Positions 39,269-49,173 of a stretch of 64,000 bases of DNA are shown piece after piece (the stretch's first letter is position 1; the number at the start of each line of letters is the position of its first letter). This DNA is from a virus, in IMG/VR virus record IMGVR_UViG_3300037091_000121, positions 3,203 to 67,202 of that record. One strand, written 5' to 3'. A program made the translations under genes and the position numbers. The notes below the pieces were generated by a model. It was given only the letters and a program-made list of their open reading frames with translations. It had not been told where the DNA came from and did not search any database.

Positions 39269-39433
39269 TATATTTTAGAGAGAAGATGGAATGAATCACC
39301 TTGTCTACCTTTGGAGGCGCTATCGGGGCCGATGCTACCGATGCGGCAGGGTTCCTCCTCGCAGCCGAGGTAGGGTCTACTGCGAGGAGTGCTTTGCCAT
39401 CATCGTGCAAGAGTTCAAGATGAGTATGTCCAA

Positions 39434-39646
39434 GTGAGTGACACACAGATCATTAAAGGAGACTGTAGGGAGGTGCTTCAAACTCTCCCATCAGAGTCGG
39501 TTCACATGGTAGTTACCTCTCCGCCATGCGGAACCGTTGGCCGCGTAGCAACCCGGCTCGGACGCCGATCCATCTTGATAGAACTCAATCTAGAGTACGC
39601 AGAAATGGCGGCCCGAAGAACTTCCCAGAAAGGACTTGGGATCTGA
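39434..39646 (+). pseudogene. Internally deleted N4/N6 DNA methyltransferase
   Basis: The N-terminal GDCREVL..LP.ESVHMVVTSPP is joined directly to the C-terminal GT...VA.RLGR..I.IELN.EY; the catalytic Y and the DPF.G motif are missing. Confidence 0.75.
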
Positions 39647-39678
39647 TGTCAAGGCGCAACCATGTGAGTTTGGTTGAG

Positions 39679-40143
39679 CTACGTGAATGTCACATCACAA
39701 ACGAAGTTGAGGCTACCTCCGACGAAAATCACAATTGTCGGGGAGGTCCCTAGCGGTAACAATAATGGGCACCCGGCCGGATTGGTTCCGGGAGGTGAAA
39801 CGGCCGGAGGGATCGGAGGTTGGTGCGGAGTTATGAGAATACCGACATCGCCTGCAGAACCCTTGAGGGTCAATTCTGGCGGTATATTTGGAAGTGGAGG
39901 GATCGGTGGGACGGTAGGGTTAGGGATGGTTGGAGGTAGCTCAAGTAGCATTGCAATGGAGCCAGTCGGAATTTGGATGACGTTATTTCCTGGAACCAAT
40001 GTGAGAGATTGATGTGAGCCGGTGAGTCCTGCCCCTGGAGTAAATCGGACAGGCAGAAGCGTTCTGTCTATTACGACCCCACCGGAGTCGATTACGGTAA
40101 CGGCAACCTTCACTTCACACAATGCACTCATTAGCTTACCCAA
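39679..40143 (-). CDS. Pro-rich hypothetical protein
   Basis: ORF track. Confidence 0.5.
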   Translation of the reverse strand: MGKLMSALCEVKVAVTVIDSGGVVIDRTLLPVRFTPGAGLTGSHQSLTLVPGNNVIQIPTGSIAMLLELPPTIPNPTVPPIPPLPNIPPELTLKGSAGDVGILITPHQPPIPPAVSPPGTNPAGCPLLLPLGTSPTIVIFVGGSLNFVCDVTFT

Positions 40144-40649
40144 GACCTTCCTTTGACGACATTTCGGATCTGTATGTTGCTAACCCCATATTCACGCCCC
40201 AGGCCCCTATACGTGACGCCTCCTGCCGAGAAGCGCTCTCGGATCTCTAAAACCTTCTTCTCATTGAGCTTTGCCGAAGGGTGCGCCTCACCTCGGCGTC
40301 TACGCTCGGGTGGGCAGTGTCCTTGAACCCACATCTCCGGGTGCCGTTGCCATATATTTCGACCCTTGGATGCGCAGTCCTTGGCGTTGTCCGATCCTGT
40401 CCCGAGGAATAGATGGGCAGGGTTACAGCAAGGCGGATTGTCGCAGCGATGCAAGACCATAAGCCTGTCGGGAATGTCACCGAACTCCAGAACCCATGCT
40501 ACCCGATGAGCGCGCCACTGTTTTCCCATAAACCTGAATCGCCCGTAGCCTTGAGGCACGCAGGCCCTCGTCCAATTCCAGCACACATCATTATCCCCAT
40601 CGGGAATGTCCACCCCGGACCAAAAATAATCAGCAGTGTTCAGTCTCAT
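40131..40649 (-). CDS. HNH homing endonuclease
   Basis: CWNWT...GYG.F...AHRVAW...VLHRCDNPPCCNPAHLFLGT..DN + HTH tail. Confidence 0.9.
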   Translation of the reverse strand: MRLNTADYFWSGVDIPDGDNDVCWNWTRACVPQGYGRFRFMGKQWRAHRVAWVLEFGDIPDRLMVLHRCDNPPCCNPAHLFLGTGSDNAKDCASKGRNIWQRHPEMWVQGHCPPERRRRGEAHPSAKLNEKKVLEIRERFSAGGVTYRGLGREYGVSNIQIRNVVKGRSWVS

Positions 40650-40690
40650 GCCTATATTGTATCACGTGAAGTGAAGCTATGTCAAGTACC

Positions 40691-43600
40691 TTATCCTCCT
40701 GATTGCTTCGTTAGTGATGTAATCTTGTCGCCAAGGGCTCGATATAACAGATATGCCCCCTTGACCTTCCTCTTGGCATCATCGGTCAACTGGTTCTTGG
40801 CATCGTAACTATTCGCTGCCTTCATAATCTGCGTTGAATAGTTGGAGGCTGACTTCATCCTGAAGGCCAGCTTCCCTCTATCAATAATCCTGGCGCTGGA
40901 TATATCCGGCTGCTGCGTGTAAGGGTTGTCACTGGAAGAATACCCTTTCTGTATACCCTGGACATACGATCCGTAACCCTTGAATTTGTCCGTCAGGGTT
41001 CCTACCATCGCCTTCTTGCGTGCGTCAGTCATTGGTGGTCCGTAGACTGGTAGTCCAAACGCTTTCATCAAGGAATGAAGCCTGGTTTCCGGAACAGCAT
41101 ATTCAGAAGCAGAATCAGTTACTCCCTCATTTGATTTCCCTATTTTGGAAGCATAACGAATCAGTGAGGCCACGGTAGGAGAATTTTTCTTGGCGAATTC
41201 CCATTGCTCCGGGTAAATACCGAGTGTGCTAAGCTCTGGAGATCCGGGCTCGTGGAGTTCTCTGCCAGTTCCTGCATCTCGGTTAGACGCCAGCGCATAT
41301 ATAGCGGGCCCTGCCAGAGGGATAGAGAACAGCTTGTCAGACCAGGTTCTCTGGTCTCCTCCTGAATCTGGCCGTGTCGGTTGCATCATATCAAGAAAAG
41401 GAGTGAACGGGAACCACCTCCCAATATCAACGACATTCCCTTTCCCGATGGGAACAGTCATTGCCCCTCGCTGATACCTTGGCCTGTCCTCTCGATCATC
41501 CTCTGAACCGGGGTTCTCCGCCTCTATATCTCGCCGAAGGCGTGGATACCTTGCCAACAAGTCAGGACGGCGAATCGCGGTCCTGATAGCGCTAGCCATC
41601 GACTTCGTTGGATACGCATTGAAAGCCCATAGCCCTGACCGATTCAAAGCCTCTAGTATAGCAGGCTGGTCAGCATAGTCGAACAGATGATCCTTTACCA
41701 ATTGAGCTGCCGCCTCGTCACCAATCTTACCTCTGGATGCTTCGAACAACGCAAGCTTTACCACCTGGTCAGCAACTGCATGCGCTACTGGACCGGTAGA
41801 CATGAAGGCTTTGTAAGCATCCCTCGGGTTGGTGAACTCCGGTGGAACATATATCCTTCGGCCACCAATGCTCACGAACTTACCAGCCCCGGCCAGGTTT
41901 GCTGCTGACCTTCCACCCGCCCCTGATTCTATCTGGTCCATCACGCTGCTTCGCCAGGTGGGGAAGTGTTCGTCTAGAGTCCGCATCGCCTCGGTGTCTA
42001 CACCCTTTCGCAGCCAGTTCGTAATATCCCGTCCAGCGGTAGCCAACGGCTTTGCCAACCTCAAGGCGCCTAGATTGGCAGTCTTCATTCCAATCTCTGC
42101 CTGATTCAGACGGGAACCAATCGAGGTTAATAGGCCAGTCGGGTTCATTGTGAGCATAAAACGCTTCACCTCAGAGGGGAGATGCTGAATAGCTTTCTTT
42201 ACACCTCGCACCATCTCGTCCTGCTCTGCCTGAACCGCCCGTTTCGATATCCCCTGGACAGCCCTCAAGACAGGGCCAGGAACCTGCTTGCCAGCTAGTG
42301 GGCCATACTTCGGCTCGTCAGGGACCGCTAACCATCCCCCTTTCGGTTTCTCGCCCTTACCGAGAGGTTTGGCGAACGAGTCAGCAACCTCAAGAGCTTG
42401 GGCGTTGGCCGCTGACTTTATGGCCCTCCGGCCTTCCTCTGAACCTGCCGGAGCCTCTATCTGCACCAACCCATGTTCATGCTTCGGAACCGACTTCCTA
42501 TCGGCGGTAGAAGCGAAGTAGTTCAAGGAGCCTTTTCTGGTTCCCTTGGGAGGTCCTTTCTCCGCAATGATCTGCTTTAACTCCTCGGAGGTGATCCCCT
42601 TCGTTGCGGCCATCTTCTCGGCCTTTTCAGGATCAACCTTGAATACCCCACGTAGCATCTCTTGGAACGACCGCGTTCCCTTGGCTACTGCCATAGGGCC
42701 TGCCGGTGCTGTAGCGGCTGTCTTGGCCTCCTGGAGTGGCTTTGGGGTTTCTGTAGGGAGTGCTGGCTTCGGTGTCTCTACAGGCGCTACAGTGGCGTCC
42801 TCTGCCTCTTTTGCTAGCTTCCTGTTCCAATGGTCCTCAATCCCCTGCGCCTGCTTGGGATTGTTCTTGCGCAATCGGCTTATCTGTTTCTGGATGTATT
42901 CCGGGATGCCCTCTGTTGGGCTGCTTGCAGACTGACCCCGCTCGGTTTTGGTTGGCTCTACGGTAGATGTCTTCGTAGATACTGGTTCCGAAGGAGGCTT
43001 TGCCTCTGGATGGAGTTGACGGACTGGCTTCTTGGCCGGGGTTGGCTTGGTCGTCTCTACTCCTTGCTTCTCTGACCATTGCTGTGCTCGTTTCTGCAGA
43101 TCTTCTGCGGTTGGTGTTTTGGCTCCCTTGGCTACAGTTTTCTCCTTGGGGGTAGCATGTTTCTCCTTGACCGCGACGAGCTTAGGCTTCTCCGAAACAG
43201 TAGCAGGAGGATGTTTCTCTCCAATGACTTTAGGAACTTCAAGGTTCCCTGCCTCTGCGTCTCTTGCCAAGCCCTTGATGTGAGACCTAACCTGCTGCCC
43301 AATAGCTCGTATCTCTTCATCGGTTGCGCCGGGATAGTAAGCCCGAAGAAGGTGCATATAGTGACTGTCAGCGCTGGATGGTTTGGACTGCGAGACTATA
43401 TAGGCAGACTTGTCCAATTCGTTATCGAATATCAGTGTAAATAATTTCTTCCCATATCCGTAGCGAGGCTTTGCGGATGCCAGTTGAGCAGGAAGCGAAA
43501 AGCTCTCACCGGGTTTAATGTGCGCGGTGGATGGGAGAGAGACTAATGGCTTCGCGCCCTTGGCAGGAGGAGTGATAGGCTTGCCATAGGCATCTAGGAA

Positions 43601-45754
43601 GCCCGCTTTGACCGGAACAGGTTTATCTGGTTCTATAGGCGGATGAGAAGGCAGTCCAGCAGCTTCCCTTGCTTCTCTTTGCTCCTTCAGAACCTGCCAT
43701 TGGGGCTTTGGCATAGGCACATGCTCAACAGGAGGTGCCGCTGGCGCGACGTGAGGAGTCGCTGTAGGCGCTGAAGGAGGAACGGTAGGAGTAACCGTTG
43801 GTGAGGTGCCAGGAGCCGCAGGAGGGGCCTCTGGTAGCGCTGCTGGTGGATGGGGGGCATTGGTATGGGCCGGGTGAAGTGCCTCTGGGGTATGGGCTTC
43901 CGGCTGCATCCCAGGGAAGCCTTGCTCCTTGGTCCAACCCATCACCTTGTGGAAGAACCCTCTTCGGAACGCGGTTCGCTCTGGAGATGCAGTTTGGTGC
44001 AAAGGCCCCGATAGCTTCCTGTCTCGAAGGGAGTTATGTCGAAGAAGTATCTTGAGGTTTTTGTCTGCCTCCGCTATGGCCTGATCCCCAAGTTCTTTAA
44101 CCAGGTTAGGATCAACTCCCAATTTCTTTGCGTGTTCTATACCTACATCGGGTGAGTGAATATATGTGTCAATCGCATCTGCCAGCCGACTGCGGCCGTG
44201 GTTCTCGTTTCTATGGGCTGTCTCTAATGCTTCCTGCTGCGGATCATCCCCAGAGGATTTAACTACCGCGTTACGTATCTTCGTCCCCACCTTGCCAGCA
44301 GAGAGCAGGTTAGTCGCTATGTTGTTTCTTTCTGCTGCCCTTACCGTTCGGCCCTCCGCTGCTTTCTTGCCAATCCCCACCCAACCGCCCGCTACATCTA
44401 AATGACCAGCCTCTGTTGGATACTTCTCGGCAATCTTTGCACCACCCTTCGCCAATGCTTCTCCAAGGATGGGCTTGGCTACCTTTGCTATCTTACCCGT
44501 AATTGCACTTACCCCATGCCCAGTTGCCACGTTAACAGGGTTGAATTCCCAATCGAGCAGATAATCTGCTATACCTAGCGCTTTATAGGTAAGAGTGTTT
44601 CGCTTGACCCCCAATCCTTCCGCACCAACCCGGAGAGCGTTAGGAGGCACTGCGCCACCTTCAGAGACCACCTTCAGGGCTTTGCCTACCGCTTGAACAG
44701 GATTAGGACCTCCCCTTCCCTGACCTCTCTTAACCGCTGCCGATATCCCTGCAGGATAGACGCTGGCCCCCATATCAAACAATCTCTGCACCGCTCCACC
44801 GATCTTAACTGGCAGCTCGGTGGCTCTCTCAATCCTGTTTCTCGCCGGAACTGACATCCTGCCAGTGTAAGGCTCAATAGAAGCCTCTTGGGGTTCTCCT
44901 GGCTTTGGTGGAGCGGAATGTGAGGTCTGATGCGGAACACCCTGATACATTGGGGACCCAGAGTAATGCTCTCTTTCAGTAGCGGGGTCGATAATGTGCG
45001 GCGTCCCATTGATCGTCTTGTAGTATTGGATCTTGCCAGTGCGATCTCTAAACGCCCTTCCGCTTACATGAGTGGCCCCAAACGATGCCCAAGGGTATCT
45101 CCTGATCGATTGAGGGACATCAGGCGTGAACTGAACTCCAGTAGGAGACGCAGCAGCAGGAGGGGCGGTGGCTCTACTTGGCGAAGTCGGAGTGAATAGA
45201 TGACCAAATGATGTCTTTTTAGGAGTGCTAGGGGTTTTAGGAGTGCTGGGAGTAGGGGGCGGCGGAGATTCTTGTTGAGTGGGCTCTGGTGACGTGAAAA
45301 GATGCCCAAAGGTAGGAGGATCTCCAGCGCCCTTTGATCCAACAAAAAGATGGCCGAGACGGGGAGGATCTCCAACACCTTGACTGCCTACATAATCAAA
45401 GTGTACCGGATCGACTTCCCCTGCGAACGCCCACCCATGAGGGGCAAGTATTTTAGCTAACTTCTTTTGTTCTTGTAGATTACCGCCTGCGGAGACATCC
45501 CAAGCTAGGCCCTTCTGGTGTTGGCTCTCTCCGGGTTTGGCTACAGGATTAGGGTTGTTTCCCCTGCCGGCATAGAGACGCTCTTGCATTTCGCGGGTCC
45601 GATGACCGCCGTACGGACTCATGGTCAGATTAAGGCCCGCTGCTTCAGCGTCCTTAATGCCCCGCATTGCCGCCGCCCTTGCATCTGGGTGCATACCCCG
45701 AAGCATCCCTGGCGTTATCGGCCTATTGTCATCTATACCTGGACCTGGCATCAA
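40691..45754 (-). CDS. Large internal virion/ejection protein with N-terminal M15-type peptidoglycan peptidase
   Basis: RTREMQERLY...AKPGESQHQKGLAWDV...DPVHF; 1687 aa with a low-complexity middle. Confidence 0.75.
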   Translation of the reverse strand: MMPGPGIDDNRPITPGMLRGMHPDARAAAMRGIKDAEAAGLNLTMSPYGGHRTREMQERLYAGRGNNPNPVAKPGESQHQKGLAWDVSAGGNLQEQKKLAKILAPHGWAFAGEVDPVHFDYVGSQGVGDPPRLGHLFVGSKGAGDPPTFGHLFTSPEPTQQESPPPPTPSTPKTPSTPKKTSFGHLFTPTSPSRATAPPAAASPTGVQFTPDVPQSIRRYPWASFGATHVSGRAFRDRTGKIQYYKTINGTPHIIDPATEREHYSGSPMYQGVPHQTSHSAPPKPGEPQEASIEPYTGRMSVPARNRIERATELPVKIGGAVQRLFDMGASVYPAGISAAVKRGQGRGGPNPVQAVGKALKVVSEGGAVPPNALRVGAEGLGVKRNTLTYKALGIADYLLDWEFNPVNVATGHGVSAITGKIAKVAKPILGEALAKGGAKIAEKYPTEAGHLDVAGGWVGIGKKAAEGRTVRAAERNNIATNLLSAGKVGTKIRNAVVKSSGDDPQQEALETAHRNENHGRSRLADAIDTYIHSPDVGIEHAKKLGVDPNLVKELGDQAIAEADKNLKILLRHNSLRDRKLSGPLHQTASPERTAFRRGFFHKVMGWTKEQGFPGMQPEAHTPEALHPAHTNAPHPPAALPEAPPAAPGTSPTVTPTVPPSAPTATPHVAPAAPPVEHVPMPKPQWQVLKEQREAREAAGLPSHPPIEPDKPVPVKAGFLDAYGKPITPPAKGAKPLVSLPSTAHIKPGESFSLPAQLASAKPRYGYGKKLFTLIFDNELDKSAYIVSQSKPSSADSHYMHLLRAYYPGATDEEIRAIGQQVRSHIKGLARDAEAGNLEVPKVIGEKHPPATVSEKPKLVAVKEKHATPKEKTVAKGAKTPTAEDLQKRAQQWSEKQGVETTKPTPAKKPVRQLHPEAKPPSEPVSTKTSTVEPTKTERGQSASSPTEGIPEYIQKQISRLRKNNPKQAQGIEDHWNRKLAKEAEDATVAPVETPKPALPTETPKPLQEAKTAATAPAGPMAVAKGTRSFQEMLRGVFKVDPEKAEKMAATKGITSEELKQIIAEKGPPKGTRKGSLNYFASTADRKSVPKHEHGLVQIEAPAGSEEGRRAIKSAANAQALEVADSFAKPLGKGEKPKGGWLAVPDEPKYGPLAGKQVPGPVLRAVQGISKRAVQAEQDEMVRGVKKAIQHLPSEVKRFMLTMNPTGLLTSIGSRLNQAEIGMKTANLGALRLAKPLATAGRDITNWLRKGVDTEAMRTLDEHFPTWRSSVMDQIESGAGGRSAANLAGAGKFVSIGGRRIYVPPEFTNPRDAYKAFMSTGPVAHAVADQVVKLALFEASRGKIGDEAAAQLVKDHLFDYADQPAILEALNRSGLWAFNAYPTKSMASAIRTAIRRPDLLARYPRLRRDIEAENPGSEDDREDRPRYQRGAMTVPIGKGNVVDIGRWFPFTPFLDMMQPTRPDSGGDQRTWSDKLFSIPLAGPAIYALASNRDAGTGRELHEPGSPELSTLGIYPEQWEFAKKNSPTVASLIRYASKIGKSNEGVTDSASEYAVPETRLHSLMKAFGLPVYGPPMTDARKKAMVGTLTDKFKGYGSYVQGIQKGYSSSDNPYTQQPDISSARIIDRGKLAFRMKSASNYSTQIMKAANSYDAKNQLTDDAKRKVKGAYLLYRALGDKITSLTKQSGG

Positions 45755-45758
45755 TCCC

Positions 45759-47852
45759 CTATCGTCCCTTTGGAGCCCCGACGACCACTTTCTCGCCGTC
45801 CACCTCCATCCAGTAGCTTTTCCCTCCGATCCTGGCTATCCCTCGGTTTCCAGTAGTCCCCCAGACGTTTGTTACCCCCTTGGGGAAGGATAGCCCCTTC
45901 CACTCCCCTGGCACTCTTGACGAGAAATTGATTGTCTCGTTATTGGCGACAGCGTTTCTCCTGAACTCTTTGTCCGTCATCTTGGCGGTGGGGGCGCTTG
46001 GCGCTGCTGTCTGGGCACCCATGCCAAGGTGATTCTTCTTGATCCGAGTTATGAGGTCTGAAAAGTAAGGTTTTGATTTCCCATCAAGACCCTTAAGGAT
46101 ATCTGTAGACGAAATTCCTCTACCTATGAACGCCTGCCATACCTGCCACTCATTGCTCCCTTTCTTGAATGGGTTTGGTTCAGCCCTAGTCTTATCCCAT
46201 AGCGAGGCATCAATACCTTTCGGAGCCGGAACATTCAGCTTGGGGGAGAAATCTTGCCCTTGATAGGTATACTTTGCTCTGTCTTCAGGAGGAAGAGGCT
46301 TTCCTACTGCCCTGGCAGGAGATGCAGTTGCTCGTGCTGGATGTGCCGATCTAGGCGTAGCCTCGGTTCCTGGGAATGCCGGAACAGCAGTGTCCTTCGT
46401 CACTGGAGGAAGGACAGGAGGGCCACCAGCCGCCCTTCTCGGTGCAGTAGCCCCTTGCTTCGGCTGATTCGCTTGGTAGTATGCATAGTCCAGCTTCGTC
46501 TTCACCGAGTCCTTCAGATCCTCTCGCTGCGACGGAGTAGAACGCTCCCATACTCGCTTGAACGCCCCTGCTCTTGCCTTTATACCGTCAGGAGTAGCCG
46601 GGTCATAGTCCGGGGCTGGAGGCTGCTGGAAACCTTGCGAGTGCATACCAGTAAGTATCTTCATCGCAGAGGTGCGTTCCTTGCTAGTACTGCCCTTCGT
46701 TCCCGGAGCCGTCATCGCAGCTCCCATATTGCGATGGAGATACTTCTGGAGCCCAGGGTCCATAGTTAGACCAGCAGCCTTATATACTGCATGTAATTTC
46801 CTGATCTTGGAGGCTCTCACATCCGGGTCCATCGCCAGGAGCTTTTTCTCGTCACCTAGCTGGCTCTCCAGTTTGGATGCTTCCCTGCCCGCTGCTGCCT
46901 TCTGGTCAATCCCGGATCTGCCTCTAGGGTGGGCCTCTCGATACCGATCTGACCTTTCGCGCTCTCTTTGCCCTTGCTGTGCCACATCTAGATGGCCTCT
47001 GCCTAACTCAACCTGGGCATCTCTATACCCTTGTACAGCCCTAGCGTTGATCTCTGCGTCCGAAAGCCTTTCGCCAAACAGCTTCTTTTCGTATGCCCTC
47101 CAGTCTTGCAGGTTCATCTGCGCCTTTTCAGCATTAGAGAGACGCTTATCAGCACGCTTTGCTGCTGCTTCTGCTGCTGTCTGCTTCACCGTTGGCTGGG
47201 TGGCAATGGGAGCCTTTAATCTGGAAGGGGTTACAGGTGCGGGTGGAGTAAAAGTGGCGGTTGCTGGCGAAACGCCGTCTGTGGCTGGAGGAGGCGTTCC
47301 TGTAATCGAAGGAGGAGGTGCCGGAGTAGAGGTTGTATCATACATTCCTTCCGTTCCAGAAATGTTTAGACCTCGGGCCTTCCCTTTCCAGGTCTCCGCT
47401 TCAGCGTCAGCCTGATCTGCAAGGCCATTGTAGTATTCCTGGTATTTTTGTCTATCAGCAGGAGCCATACCCATTACCTGGGCAGATACTGCCATCTCTC
47501 GGTAATGTCTCGATGCAAGCCCTGATTGGTTGGCGCCATTCGTGTAACGTCCTAATAGAGTATCATTAGTTCTATCGGTTTCACCTTTAACACGACGCTT
47601 CTCTTCCTCACCCTGGTATGTAACCCGATCCGCTTCTGCCTTCTGCTGATCTGCTATCCTTTGCTTCTCAATCTCTCTCATGGAATCGACGTTCTTCTGC
47701 GCCTGAAGCTGCCTCGCTGCTTCTTGGTTCTTCTCTGCCTCCGCTTGTTGCTGTTGGGCCTGTGCCTGTTCCCCCATGGCCTTGCCGACCATGAGGCCCT
47801 GAGTCACCTGGGCAGCGGCACTGAGGAAGGACGATAATCCAATTGACGCCAT
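45759..47852 (-). CDS. Putative ejection protein
   Basis: Gln/Ala coiled-coil N-terminus; lies next to the large virion protein. Confidence 0.55.
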   Translation of the reverse strand: MASIGLSSFLSAAAQVTQGLMVGKAMGEQAQAQQQQAEAEKNQEAARQLQAQKNVDSMREIEKQRIADQQKAEADRVTYQGEEEKRRVKGETDRTNDTLLGRYTNGANQSGLASRHYREMAVSAQVMGMAPADRQKYQEYYNGLADQADAEAETWKGKARGLNISGTEGMYDTTSTPAPPPSITGTPPPATDGVSPATATFTPPAPVTPSRLKAPIATQPTVKQTAAEAAAKRADKRLSNAEKAQMNLQDWRAYEKKLFGERLSDAEINARAVQGYRDAQVELGRGHLDVAQQGQRERERSDRYREAHPRGRSGIDQKAAAGREASKLESQLGDEKKLLAMDPDVRASKIRKLHAVYKAAGLTMDPGLQKYLHRNMGAAMTAPGTKGSTSKERTSAMKILTGMHSQGFQQPPAPDYDPATPDGIKARAGAFKRVWERSTPSQREDLKDSVKTKLDYAYYQANQPKQGATAPRRAAGGPPVLPPVTKDTAVPAFPGTEATPRSAHPARATASPARAVGKPLPPEDRAKYTYQGQDFSPKLNVPAPKGIDASLWDKTRAEPNPFKKGSNEWQVWQAFIGRGISSTDILKGLDGKSKPYFSDLITRIKKNHLGMGAQTAAPSAPTAKMTDKEFRRNAVANNETINFSSRVPGEWKGLSFPKGVTNVWGTTGNRGIARIGGKSYWMEVDGEKVVVGAPKGR

Positions 47853-47863
47853 TTCAAATCACC

Positions 47864-49015
47864 TCAAGATGGAAACTGAAGCCCACCTGGCATTGACAGT
47901 CTGTTCAGCATAGCCTCTTGGGGGCGCCTAGTCTGGTTCCGAACGGAATTTTCACCACCTGGCTCATTGCCTCTTGCGCCGGCGCCTTGCATACCGGGAG
48001 GGCTCTGTGGAGAAGCCATCCCTGACGCGGTGTATCCAGGCAGGGGCATCGCAGGGGCATCACCAGCCCCGGCGCTAGATGGCTTGCGCTTCCTTTTCGG
48101 CTTATCTTTGCTCTTGGCCTTCAGCTTCGCCATGTCCAGGTGGTGAGCGATGATCTGATGGATAATGCTCATCGCGTGCATCATCGGATCGTGTTTCGGC
48201 TGGGGCTGTGCAGGGGCATCTCCTGCACCTGCCATACCCTGCCCCAGGTTCCACATACTTGTATCATGCGGGTTCATTCCACCACCAGCGCCAGGAGGGT
48301 TTAGAGAACCAGCCGTTCCGTTAGGAGAACCTGCTCCACCCTGCAAAGAGGCGAACGGATCGTATGGTTGCGGGATAGGGTTGGTGGAAGGGAAAGGGCT
48401 AGCGTTACCTGCACTGACCGCATCTGATGAGGATGTGCCGTCAGGAACCTCACCCCCACCCTTGTTCGCCTTGTTGTAAGCATACGCCTGCGCTACCCCA
48501 GACAGCGATTGGCCGAGATTGTTAGGAGGTGTAGCCCCTGGCCCACTCGCCATATTGTAAGCCTGCTGGTTCACTCCAGAAGCCTCTAGGAGCGCACTCC
48601 TCCGGGCCGCGATAGCGTCAGCCATGTGTTGTTCGCCGAGCGCCATTCTGTTCGACGCATCATTCTGCTGAAGATTAGCCATTTGGTCATTAGCACCACC
48701 AGTGGATACTCCACTGGGATTACCAAATGCGGAAAGCGAATTAACATTGGAACGCTCTGCTTGGCCTTGAATTCCTTGTGATTGTGCCAAAGAGTTTAAA
48801 TCTTGTTGGTTGCTCATTGGCGAGGAGGTGCCGTAGTTGTATAGCTGGTTGGCTATCGCTCTCTGCTGCTTTAGGGCTGCCTGCTGCGCCGCAGACATCT
48901 GCCCGCCGCCGCCTCCTAGAAGGCCCGCGAAACCAGACAGGGCAGCCCCTACGGGGCCTCCCGTGGCGAAACCAGCACCAGCACCCAAAATACCACCTAC
49001 TGGGCTTACAGGCAT
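47864..49015 (-). CDS. Putative ejection/pilot protein
   Basis: Gly-rich N-terminus GGILGAGAGFATGGPVGAAL..AGLLGG and Gln/Asn-rich body. Confidence 0.6.
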   Translation of the reverse strand: MPVSPVGGILGAGAGFATGGPVGAALSGFAGLLGGGGGQMSAAQQAALKQQRAIANQLYNYGTSSPMSNQQDLNSLAQSQGIQGQAERSNVNSLSAFGNPSGVSTGGANDQMANLQQNDASNRMALGEQHMADAIAARRSALLEASGVNQQAYNMASGPGATPPNNLGQSLSGVAQAYAYNKANKGGGEVPDGTSSSDAVSAGNASPFPSTNPIPQPYDPFASLQGGAGSPNGTAGSLNPPGAGGGMNPHDTSMWNLGQGMAGAGDAPAQPQPKHDPMMHAMSIIHQIIAHHLDMAKLKAKSKDKPKRKRKPSSAGAGDAPAMPLPGYTASGMASPQSPPGMQGAGARGNEPGGENSVRNQTRRPQEAMLNRLSMPGGLQFPS

Positions 49016-49079
49016 CTTGCGCCTCCTCCAAAACTAGAGGGGTTGACAATCAACCCCCACCCCGGTATACTCCATTGTT

Positions 49080-49173
49080 CTACAATCGATGCATGTCATG
49101 GCTCTGAAACGCCTTGCCGGTCCAGGAACGGCAAATCACAGCGGATGGGTTAGGGTTTTCCCTTTCCCATCCG
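49080..49173 (+). ncRNA. Family-2 guide-like RNA F
   Basis: Promoter 49043-49071; ATCga TGCat GTCat GGCtc TGAaa CGCct TGCcg GTCca GGAac GGCaa ATCACAG + CGGATGGG/CCCATCCG hairpin. Confidence 0.75.
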
